From: Octopus vulgaris
Taxonomy: Eukaryota
Assembly (NCBI GenBank): GCA_951406725.2
Contig: OX597814.1
Location: forward strand, 85,002,001 to 85,066,000
Direction: 5' to 3'
DNA: 64,000 bases
Below the pieces are notes generated by a model, which was not told the origin of the DNA, ran no database searches, and saw nothing but the letters and a program-made list of their open reading frames with translations. The position numbers and the translations under genes are program-made. Shown here in pieces: positions 26,026 through 37,965 of the stretch. The stretch's first letter is position 1. Each line of letters starts with the position of its first letter.

Positions 26026-28745
26026 TGATGGATATATTCCCCACCTGGGAAGGATGTCACTCTGTCGCAAGGTTACTCAAGTTTGATAGCTGAGTGGACT
26101 GAATCAACATGAAATGAAGTATTTTGCTCAAGAACACGAAGTGTTGCCCAGTCCAGGAATCAAAACACAGTTTATAACCATGAGTCCAACACCCTAACCA
26201 CTAAGCCACACATCTCCAGGACAATATTATTCAAATGTGTTTTTCTTTTTTTATAGGAAGGTTTGGCTGCTATTTTGAGCAGGTTGAGCAATCATGTAGT
26301 GACCTCTTTACTGGATTCTTCATACCATTAAGGTACACAGGCTGATACTTAAACCAACATGATAGTCTTTACATAGTCACCCTATCTCCTAGAAGTAGCA
26401 GCCTAGTCACACTAAAATCACACCCTACCACCTTAACAAGAACATTTTAGATAATGTCGTTGGGAGCTCCCTGCACACAGAAAAGAGACAAATGTCTTTG
26501 ATCATATGCTTTTTCATTCAGAGCTGACCTAAAGCTAAACAAACAACTACATGATACAATTAATTCAACATGTTTCACAAGACAGAAAAATACAACCAGA
26601 GTCAATGTGTAACTTCTTATAAAACCCACTTCATCATCAAACCTCTTCCATTTAGTTCAAACTAATTAGTAACTTATTAGTACAAGCAAAAGATCAATGG
26701 CAATGATACTAAAAAATCCATCAAATGTATAAGCTATATGTCAAATAGCATGTTGGGTTGAAAAACCTTCTGGGACAGAAAAAGTTGAAGGCTATCTAAA
26801 AGCAGTTTTCATCCTGATATTCACATGCTATTATCTATAGCTTTATGTGCATGCTGTGAAAATTCAAAAATGAAAAGAAAAAAAAAGGAAAAAGAATCAT
26901 TTCACATTCTCTCGAATGTTCATAAAACTCTTTTATATATACAAACATGTATATATCTTGTACTGGTGTCATGTTAAAAGCACTCATGCTAGTGATACAT
27001 TAAAAGCACAGGAGCTGGTGTCACATGAAGTGGACCCATGTTGTGCTATATAAAAAATACCCAGTACACTCTGTAAAGTTGTTGGCCTTAAGAAGGACAT
27101 TCAGCTGTTGAAACCATGCCAAAAAAGACAACTGGAGCCTGATGCAGTTCTCTAGCTTGCCAGCTCCTGTCAAACTGTCCAACCCACACCAGCATGGAAA
27201 ACATATTAAATGATGATGTCACACACACACACACGCACACACAAAATGAAAATGTTTTATGCCCACTTTACATCCTGATATAGATTGGATTGGAAGTCAA
27301 GGTCCAAGTTACTTGGGGACTATAGCTCACTTAAACGTTATCAAGTTTAGCATGGTTTCTATGACTTGATGCCCTTCCTGCCACCAACCATTTTACTGAA
27401 CGTACTGGGTTTCACATTAGCAAAACCACTGGAGAAATTTTGTATCCTCAACAAGAAAATATAAAGAGACTTCTCAACCCTACATAGTTTCTACTCATTC
27501 ACCAATCAGTTTAAAGAGAGCACAGGGTACATTTGCAATCCTGACCTGTAGGAGCAACACTAAGATTTAAACAGATGATTCATCATTTCATTATAGCTGC
27601 GTTGCTAATTAGTGTCATTGTTCTGATTTTATTTGAATGCTTCAATAGCCATTGCAAGGAATAGAGATGTCAAGAAAACATATTGTTGGATGATACAGAA
27701 ATGACTGGTGATAGAGAACAAAGGATAAAATACTGCTTCCAAGATTCAAAAAAAATAGTTACCAGGCCAAAATAGGAAAACTGTCTATTTGTTTGAAGAA
27801 TATTTTTCAGAATGCATGAACTATGCTAACAATCATCACCACTCTTTAGATGCAGTTTTAATTAAAAATAGTAGCCAGATCTTCCTCGCATCATATACCT
27901 TATTGTTTTCTTTTTCACATTAGGTTATCAGATGTTTACAGCTGGAATGCTTTTGATCATAAGTATACTAGGCCAAAGCTAACTTAGAACTGGATAACAA
28001 GAACAACAAATAATTCTACAATATAAAATATAGTGGTAAATATAAACCAATTTCTAATAAGATATATTGACTGCAATATTAGCTATTCCATATAAATGTA
28101 ACTGATTTTTTCTTCTTCACAACAATTGCTAACTAAGCATCTTAGAAAGTTACAGTAATCTTAATCCACAAATAAGATAAAGTTCTTTAAAAAGATACCA
28201 TATCTTATCAACAATTCTGATTAAGAATATTATACTGGAAGCAATGTTTAGAGCACATATGAATTAAATTTCAGATATGATTGAACTAAAAACAACTTTA
28301 CAATTAAATTTATCTTCTGAGACTTTAAATTGTCTAATGAAATACATTATTTACCTGGAACATAACATAAATGATACTGGAAAGTTTTTAAGTTAGATGT
28401 GAACATTATAAATCATAGAATAAGGAGCAGCCTCAAGTGAGTTGGTATCAAATTGATTAATCAACAATTCCCATCATATCTAATTCAAGAGGGGGAAGAA
28501 GTGGTAGAGAACCTTTATGGAGACAGTCATTCACTTCACTAGAAATAATAGCCAAATCTTCCTCAAATGACACCCTGTCAACTTAAAAAATGAAGTACAC
28601 ATTAGATAATGTGATCCTAGATAAGCTGTCTCATAGAACAAAAAAGGTAAATTGGGCCATAATGACATCAACCATAAATTTGCTCATTCAATCTTGACAC
28701 AGGGCTATACAACAACAGTTGATCCAGGTTTCCTAATATATAATA

Positions 28746-28785
<40 letters not shown>

Positions 28786-29042
28786 ATGGTTAGCAACCCC
28801 AGCTAGTAATCATGAATTATAAAATAATTTTTTGAGCTTATTGGACTTTGATATGGGAAAAGTTTACAACCTTCTACATCGATAACCCACAATTGTTCCT
28901 GAAAGTTGTTTTTTATACCTTCTACAGACTGCTCAAAGCTTACAAACTTCATACACCTTGGTCCTTGGATCTTACTTATATATATATATATAGTGATGCA
29001 AACATGAAAAATGGAACTCAGAATATGAGTATATGTATATTG

Positions 29043-29195
29043 TTATTAATATTTAGCAGAAGCAACAAAGTGACTCAAGTTCTGAAAGTCTTGTGTGTTT
29101 AGCACTTATCAAACTTTTTGATAAGTTTGATAGGTGCTAAAATACAAAACTCTCGGACCTTAAGTCACTCTGTTGCTTCTGCTAAATATTGATAA
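29043..29195. mobile_element. Palindromic MITE-like element (~73-bp arms)
   Basis: Imperfect palindrome centred at ~29119 and flanked by TA runs; a related, partly deleted copy lies at ~22110-22290. Confidence 0.75.
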
Positions 29196-29884
29196 AAAAT
29201 ATATATATATACATATATATATATATAAATATAATGTTTGTCATAAAATTATAAACAATGAATTGTAAAATGAGCACAAGTGCACATTTTAGTGGTGGCT
29301 GGAAGATATTAATAAGATTAACCCATATTTGAATGGTGCTTATTTTATTGATTCTTGAATGATGAAAGGCAAAGTTGATCTCAGCATGGTCTGAGCTCAA
29401 AATTTAAAGGGGAATAAGTAATTAAATACGACAAGGACTTAAGTTTGCTGTTTTACTAATTCTGCCACTCACTGCCCTCAAATCATCAATAATGCAGCAT
29501 CACAATTACAACTATAATTTAGGTGATCATTTCATTGTTAATATAATATGCCTAAATTCCCAAAGAATGGGATTGGTTTAACTCTTTAGCATTCAGATTA
29601 CTCTGTCAAATTTAATCCTTATATATTCCCATTACTCTAACCTCTCATCTGGCATAAAGCCACATTCCTCAATACTATTCCCCCACTACCTCAGCTAAGG
29701 AGTCATGTCTTGTTAATTATTTGGTAACCTCATTGCTGTAGATGCTAAATAAAAACTACCCAGTACACCCTGTAAGGTGTTTGGTGTTAGGAAGGGCATC
29801 CAGCCATAGAAACTATGCCAAAGCAGACTGAAGGGCTTGGCATCAAACCATTAAACCCATACCAACATGGAAAACAGACATTAA

Positions 29885-30102
29885 CCCTTTTGTTACCAAC
29901 CCGGCTGAAACCAGCTCTGGCTCTGTAGTGCAAATGTTTTGTTTTCATAAGTTTTGAATAAAAAATCTTCCACCAAACCTTAGTCACAATTTATGTTCCT
30001 AACACTAGCTGAATGATAACTAAGTTATTTTACTTAATTCTTTGTTATATTTAAGATTAATTGAAAGAAACATGGAGCATCTCAAAATAAGTAACAAAAG
30101 GG
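29885..30102 (+). mobile_element. piggyBac-type MITE, family 1 (TIR CCCTTTTGTTAC, TTAA TSD)
   Basis: TTAA|CCCTTTTGTTAC...GTAACAAAAGGG|TTAA; near-identical copy at 62849-63068. Confidence 0.93.
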
Positions 30103-30819
30103 TTAAATGATGATGGTGATGATGATGATGCATTTTTTTGTAGCTTCAAGAATTCAATGAGTTGATTATTTATTTTTTAGACTGACATTGTAGGGTAAGT
30201 GTCAGAGGCAGGATTTCATTGGTTCAAACATAAACTGAGTAAAATGGGCCATATATGGCCAGTTTAAATGTTAAAAAAAATTTCTGCTATCCCCATAACC
30301 ATTTGCTGAGCAACAGAACAGTGGTATAGTTCATGTAGCACAACAGCTGTTGTTTTATTGCTGTTGTTGAATTCCAGATCAACATGAACAGAGCAGACCT
30401 ATGTTCAAAGACTTTCTAACCATGACCTTCCATTTTTTAACAGTAGTAGAAGGAAATACAGGTGCTAGTTTTAGCAAATGGAGCAACCACATGCAAATGC
30501 CCTGTTATGACCCCTGGCAGTGACACATGCATGCACTCACACACACATACACACACACAGAGAGGCTTGCATAGTTTCCATCCACCCAATTCACTCACAA
30601 CTTGGGGCTATAGTAGAAGATACTTTCCCAAGGTGTTGTACAGTGGGACTGAACCCAAAGCCATGTGGTTGCAAAATTAGCTCCACACAGCCATGTCCGC
30701 AATAGATTACATGAACCATGATACCATTTCTGTAGACAACAACAACATGGTTACTTGATATCAACCATAACAACGCTGTTACATGGCTGCAGACAGCAAC
30801 CATAATGCAACTGCTGCAT

Positions 30820-33001
30820 GGGTTCACACCTAATTCATCACGATAATGTCATTACTGTTAATTACAGCATGGTAAACACATTACTTGAATTTTCATCAAC
30901 TGACAGTTTCACAACAAGGCAATTATATTATGAGCCAATATATCATTGATAAAATCATCTTCATGCCAAATATATTCTTAGTAAATTTATCATTATACTT
31001 TTTATCCACAAAGTAAGTATATCACCAGACATTAATTAAAAAGTTATATTCACAGAGCAGATACTTTACATTTTCATTAACAATGAAAAAGAAATTAACA
31101 AAAAAATTTCCATCCTACAATCGAGAAATTTTTGAAAACCCCAAGAAAGAACAATCAAGAAATGAAGTGATAAATCAAACAGAATATTACTGGAACAGAA
31201 ATGTTACACCACAAAAAGAAATACAGAGATAGTACATTGAGAATTCAATATACTGTCAGTGAATATCAAAAACACAAAATATTGCTTATTTAAAAGGCAT
31301 TGCCCATTTTTTCCCACCCTTAGATTCAGTCTTTGTTGTGATATGATGGCTTCTTTGCCTCAATGACTCTGAGTTATACTGGTAGACCAGAAGCTTCTGG
31401 TAGGGTCTCACATGCTAGACCAGTCAAATAATAGAGGCCAGACTAATACAAGGCAGTATCAAAACGTTCCCAGACTAGTTCTGTAGCATACCAACAGATG
31501 ACAGCACATGGTTGCATGCAGAGTGAGAGCTGGCAGTGACCTTCATGAGACTGTGTGCTGAGTGACATTGCTGTGTTTACTTTGCAAGTTGTAAAATTTG
31601 TGTTTTTGTGATTACGTGTATGCTGTAGTCTGCAATTTTATCATGGACAGGAACAAAAAGCCAATGTGAAATTTCGCGTTAAACTTGGAAAGTCTGCTAC
31701 AGAGACATTGAGCATGCTTTGACAAGCTTATAGTGATGAAGCAATGGGTTGTGCACAATGTTTCAAGTGGCACAGGTGCTTCAAAAGTGGAAGATGAGTG
31801 ATTTTTCAAAGAAGATGAATGATCTGCAAGACCTGTCATGAGCATCACCCCTGGAAATGTGGTATTGTGCATCAAGAATTCATCCCCCAGGGCCAGGCCA
31901 TCAATCAAGAGTTCTACTACAACATTTTGAAGCATCTGAGGGAGGACATTCAATGACAGCATCTGGATCTGTGTAGCACAAAGAAGAGGATTCTTCACAA
32001 TGACAAGGCACTCTGTCACCAAGCTCTCATCACTCATGAGTTTCTTGCCAAAACCAACATGATATCACTTCCATACCTGCCCTAGTCACCACCTGCAGAC
32101 TTCCATCTCTTTCCCAAGATGAAAATGCAGCTCAAAGGTCACCATTTTAACACCATTGTCCAGATCCACAGAAAGTTCTCAACTTGCTTACAGAAAACAA
32201 CTTCCGGACAGGATTCCAAAAGTGGCAGGAATGCTGGGACCGGTATATTGCTGCACAAGGTGACTATTTCGAAGGAGATGATATAAACACTTAGGTAAAT
32301 AAGTTATTTTCTATTAAACATAACTGGTCCGGGAACCTTTTGATACCACCTCATGTGAACCACATCTTCCCAGATGTAAAGACAGGTTTGCTTAGAGCCA
32401 ACACCCTACCTAGAAAAAAAGTAACATTACAGATGCATCAATGAAAATTCAAAACCAACAAGCCCCAGGAGGAGAAGCAGGAATCCGATGGGGGAGAAGT
32501 GGAAAAGACAGTCCAGAGTCAAGAAGAGTGAAGAAAAGTCACTGATGGTCAAGGCTCAATTGGAAGCAATGAGCTAAAGTAAGCAAACAGTGCTCATTAT
32601 TTGGCTTTTTAAAATGTTTTTTCTTCCAATTTATAATAGTATTATTTTACTGGATTCATTTGTTTTTTTGTGATGCTGTTTTTAAAAGCAACTCTAATTT
32701 GCTTGTTTTTTTGTCGCTTTTTTTCATGTCTATATTAACGATTTTCTTGTATTTGAATTTTATTTTCTCATTATTAATGAACGTATTTAGAGCACAAATA
32801 AAACCTTTAAATATATTTAGCATGCAAATAAAAACTTTAAAAACAAAAATGTCTAGTCATGTAATTTATTGCACTGATAAAAAGTATGACGATGAATTTA
32901 CTGACAATGTTTTTGGCATGCAATATAATTAGCTTGCAATGAAATCACAGGTGATATATTTACCACAATGTAATTATCCACAATGAATTTACCAGATGTC
33001 C
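30820..33001. mobile_element. Old foldback/long-TIR DNA element containing nested insertions
   Basis: 30962-31090 is inversely similar to 32765-32920 (e.g. CATGCCAAATATATTCTTAGTAAATTTATCATTATACTTTTTATC vs GATAAAAAGTATGACGATGAATTTACTGACAATGTTTTTGGCATG); short subterminal repeats at both ends. Confidence 0.6.
31449..32353 (+). mobile_element. Internally deleted mariner (~900 bp), copy 2
   Basis: Colinear with 11595-12491, with the same TIRs and the same internal junction. Confidence 0.9.
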
Positions 33002-33344
33002 AGTTACATAACATCAACCGAAACATTACTACTGTTACATGACCAATATGAGTCATAGTTTAAGGCAATTTCTCTATACAAGTTTAAACTTGTTCTCTTT
33101 TTGAAATGTTAAAACAATGCTGTTTGCTATATGAGAGCTATTGAAATTGTTTGGATCATCAACACAGACAGTTATCAATGCAAATTTATACTAACAATTG
33201 AGAGTAGCTGTTTCAATACAAGACTAAAAACAGAAAATATTATTAATCATTAAACCTCATTATAATATCAAATTTTTTTTTATTTTCCCTGAATGTCTTC
33301 TGTCTTAAATTATCTTTAACTTAGTCTTTGAAATATTGCCAACA

Positions 33345-33496
33345 CTGATGATGATGGTGGTGGTGGTGGTGGTGGCGACAGTGGCAGTGATGATGATGAT
33401 GGAGATGATGGTGATGATGGAGGTGGTGGTAATGATGGTGGTGGCGATGGAGGTGGTGGTCATGGTGATGATGGTGATGATGATGATGATGATGAT
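33345..33496 (+). repeat. (GAT/GGT)n low-complexity tract
   Basis: Directly visible. Confidence 0.9.
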
Positions 33497-34529
33497 AGTT
33501 GATATGTAGAACAGCTGTGTTGAAGTTTGCCTGCCACTTCCTGAATCAATATTGATACATTCAGGAACAGCCATGTAGAAAGGCAGATGCACATGGCCCA
33601 TACCCGTGCTAAATACACACCCAGACTTCTGACTGTTTCCCCCTCTCAACAACAACACCACTACCACCTCAATTATTCCTCGCATTATCAGGAGGGTGCC
33701 AGGACAACAAATTTCTCTTTCTTTGATCTTTCATTCATTAGTTGCTTTGTATTCCAAAGAACACTGTAAATACTGTTCAGGCTATCCCCCCATCCAGGGG
33801 ATGATACCTGTATGATAAGCCAACCGACCCCACAAATTCTTCTTTACAAAAATGTTTCATAAGTGACAGTGACAATGACAACAACACCATCACCACCACC
33901 ACCACCACCATCTATGATATTGTTTGTCATGATGTGTATGAATGTCACAATTTAAACAACATTAGCAATGGAACAAAAATTGAAACCAATCAAAAATCAT
34001 TAGCATAATAAAACAATATTTTTGATGATTTATAAATTTATGCATCAAAACAAGTAATTTATAAAACAGAATTTCCACAGGTGTTACTCATCATTATTAT
34101 TATGGTTTACTTTTTATCATCTTTGGAAATGACAAGTGAATAAATGTAGTGTCATATTTGCCAGCATATAAGATACACTCCTGCATAAGATACATTTCTA
34201 CTTTACAAGTATATTTTGTATCATATACTCGGTATCCCATCCATGATACAATCACAGTAGACATATGGCATTTTTTTTTTTGTTACATTTTACGAATATA
34301 GGAAGCACATCTTATACACTGGCATATGCATTATATGTCCCTTCACTTCTAAAACATGAGTATGTAACCTGTTACGTTGATTAAAAAAAAAAATTCAGTT
34401 TTCATTGAAGTTAGGCCTGTACTTGCTAGAAATTATAAAAGCTAAATGTGAGCAATGATGTGCTGTGGCAAGTGTTCAAATTTTTGACATTGTTGCTATT
34501 AGAAACAGCCACTGTACATGCTGGTCTCT

Positions 34530-35200
34530 ATCACACCACACATCTGATATCTATTGATCACTACACACACACACATTACTTGATCCTTACATACACTTGA
34601 CATCTACATGAATATTACATATACCTAAGATCGATTTGATCACTATGATATCTACTTCAGCACTAGACTCACTTGTATCTATTTGATCACCATGCACACA
34701 TGAAATCCACTTAATCACAATGCACACCTGATATCTACTTGAATACTAACATACATTCGATATCTATTTGACACCACACACACCTGGTATCTACTAGATT
34801 ATAACATGCACTTTGTCACTGTTGGTTAATTGTACATGCATGTAGTCTCTAATAAATCACACTTGCTCTTTACTGGATACTATACAAACTAGGTCCTTCT
34901 TGGATCACTGCATGCAAACACCTAGTCTTCACAGGATCATTACACACACACACACACACCTAGTCTTCACAGGATCATTACACACACACACACACCTAGT
35001 CTCTAGTGGATAACTATTCACACACAACTGGCCTCTTGTGAATAACTTTTCACACACCAGGTCTCTAGACACTCATTGTACACACATCTAGTAGCTGTTG
35101 GATCATTATACACACATGATCTAATCAGATCATAGCATCAACCATTCTCTATTGCATCATTATATACACTTAGTCTTTGTTGAATTACTACACACTTGAA
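34530..35200 (+). repeat. Degenerate ~28-36-bp minisatellite (ACACACCTGATATCTACTTGATCACT-like)
   Basis: More than 15 diverged units; two near-identical ones at 34919-34995. Confidence 0.75.
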
Positions 35201-35813
35201 ATAAATTGCAAGCCAACATACAATTGATGGTTTTAACTAAAGTCAGATAATCTATCAATCTAATCAAGTTTAACAACATTTACAAATTGAACTGGAAAAA
35301 CACAAAATTAAAGAACAGTCTGGCACGCATTGTTCATGCTGAGACTGACTAGAGGGTAACCCCCATCAGTTCTAGTTGCTCTTGTAAGGGCTATTAATAT
35401 ACATTTGAGAGATGAAAGTGAAAGAATACATTTAACTAAGTTACAGACTACACTAATTTGTTCAGTGTCACCATGAAAACACACATACAAATACACAAAT
35501 ACATATGCATGCACACACATATACACATACATGTATGCAAACATGAACTTATGTAGAAACATGTAAACACACACAAACAACAAACAGAAGGAAACAGGTA
35601 CATAAATACACATTTACATACACATGTATGTGTTTGCTTGTATATATGCATGTGTGTGTATCTATGAGCTTGCATATATATGTCTTTTCTTGGGAGTATC
35701 TATGTGTGAGAGAGTGAGTATGTGTATCTATGTGTTGAAATACGAGTGCATATGTACCTGCATGTAAAATAATACATTCACTGAAAGCAAAATAAACAGC
35801 AAAATACACCTAC

Positions 35814-35896
35814 TTCCATCATTTTCTCCAGAAAAACCATTGTAATTTGTTTTATCCTTCTCTTTTTCTCGATTTTCTTGCTCCAGATTCAATGAC
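35814..35896 (-). CDS. SPPL3: SPPL3 coding exon, equivalent to vertebrate exon 3
   Basis: tttctcattttcag|G TCA TTG AAT CTG GAG CAA ... GAT GGA A|gtaggt = (R)SLNLEQENREKEKDKTNYNGFSGENDG. Joins in frame to the AG ending the previous exon and resembles human [25 protein letters not shown]. 83 nt, phase 2/1. Confidence 0.92.
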
Positions 35897-35949
35897 CTGA
35901 AAATGAGAAAGTATAACAACAAGGTGAAAAAACCAATATGATAAATTAA

Positions 35950-36374
35950 CCCTTTAGCATCCAGATTTACTTTGTCAAATGTAATGCGTATTAATTCTCG
36001 TTTCAAATTAATCATACATTATCTTATAGCTTTGAGATTTCAATGATGTGATTGTTTATTTCAGACTGAGTGGTGTAGAGTGGTGTGAGAGGCTGGATCC
36101 AGCAAGTTTGAACATAAAACAGGTAGAATATTTGAACAAGATATGACCAGTTTAACCCTTTAGCATTTAAGCAGGCTTTATCTGGCCCAAATTCTCTACC
36201 TGCTTTATGTTCAAATTTATCAGATCCAACCTCTCATACTTACCTTACAATATCATTCTAAAATAAACAATTGCATGATTGAAATCTCAAAGTTACAAGA
36301 AAGTGTAGGATTAACTCAAAACAATGTGAATAAATAAAAATTACATTTCACCGAGTAATCTGACTGCTAAAGGG
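35950..36374. mobile_element. Two family-2 piggyBac-type MITEs in inverted orientation joined at TTAA 36152-36155
   Basis: Forward copy 35950-36151; reverse copy 36156-36374 (CCCTTTAGCATTTAA...CTGCTAAAGGG). Confidence 0.88.
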
Positions 36375-37081
36375 TGAATGATCGCTTTTTTTCCAGCTAC
36401 CAACAGAAATTTTTAAATATTTTATCTGTGACTAAACAGCTGATTTTTCTTTGTAGATGGAACCAAGAAAAGATGGCACTAAATTTCAGTTAGATTGAGT
36501 TGTGCAGACTTTGAAATTCAGACTGTGCAGGCAGATGTACAATACCTTAACTTTCACTATCTACTTTCTTTCGTTAGAGATTTCTTCACTTACACACATG
36601 TATGATATTACTACATCACAGCAGATTAGATTTTTTTAAATTTGCTTCAGTCAAATTGATAAAAGTGTTTTTGCTAATTTGCACCTGACATCTAATTACA
36701 GTTAGATTTGGTGGAATAGATCAAATAATATTTCTCTACCAAAATATCAAGGTAGGATAAAGTATATCAATCAACAATATTGATTATTATCATCATCATA
36801 ATAATAATCATCTTCATCATTAACCTCATCATCCTCATCAGTCATTTAACATCCAATTTTTCACGCTTGCATGAGTCAGACAGAATTTGTTGAGGCAGGT
36901 TTCCTATGGCTGTATGCTCTTCTTGTCATCAACCTTCATCTGTTTCTAAGCAAGGTCGTATTTTCCTATAGCTTGACATGCTTTTCACAGAACACTGAAA
37001 ATGGACAACCTCATTTGTATAACAATGATGCTTATTTACAACAACCATGTGATGTTTCTCTCTCTCTCTCTCTCTTTCTCT

Positions 37082-37965
37082 CAAGCCTTTTGATTCCTCA
37101 GGGAATATAGGGCCGCAATAACATTTTTTCTACGGATGCAGTTCTGGAGGATCCCCTTCAGCTCAGTTCAGATCATTCCAGTTGCCCTCACCTCTGTCAA
37201 CACTTCTGCGCCAAGACTGTTTTGGCCAGCCCACTTTCCACTTTTCCTGTGGGTTCCAGTTACAGGCCTGCTTGGTGACATTTAGTGTAGGCTTTCATAG
37301 AGCGTGGCCTATCCATCCCCATTTTTGCTTCTTGATATCTGTCTTGATTGGAGCTTCTTCTTGTCTTGTCCCACAGTTGTTCAATGGAGACCTACTCAGG
37401 TCACTTGATGTTAAGGATGTTTCTGAGACATCTGTTTGCGAATGTCTGGAGCTTGTGGTTGTTAGTCTTGGTCAATCACCAGGTTTCTGAACCATAGAGT
37501 AGAACTGAATTAACATGTGTTGAAGATCTGGATCTTTTGGAGTGAGAGGGCTGTTGATCTCTAGATTGGTTGCAAGTTGTTGAAGGTGTGTCAGGATTTG
37601 TTTATTTGGCATTTAATGTCTTCATCTGTTCCACCATCATTACTGATTACACTGCCCAGGTAAATAAACCGATCGATGTACCTGATGTAGTCACAATGGG
37701 TCTTGCTGTCTGTTTTTCACTCTCATGACCCCTGTCTTCTTAATGTTGATCTTCACTGCTTCTTCTGCAACACAACATAACTTCTCCTGTGCATGTTGCT
37801 GCTTGTGGAAGAGAAGACTGTTATCGTCTGCATAGTCCAGGTCTTCCAACTGTTTATTGAAGATCCACTGAATGCCTGTCCTTTTGCCTGCTGTGGCTTA
37901 TCTCATGATCCAGTCAACCACCATCAGGAAGATTGTCGGACGCTGGTTTGCACATTGAAGGGTTC
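37082..37965 (-). mobile_element. RTE-clade LINE, 3' part (RT domain remnant)
   Basis: QLEDLDYADD at ~37820-37852; KWGWIGHAL*KPTLNVTKQACNWNPQEKWKVGWPKQSWRRSV near 37200-37325; many frameshifts. Confidence 0.9.

Noticed and set aside
33305-33685. 126-aa ORF
   Set aside because: About half derives from a (GAT/GGT)n tract; the remainder has no recognisable motif.
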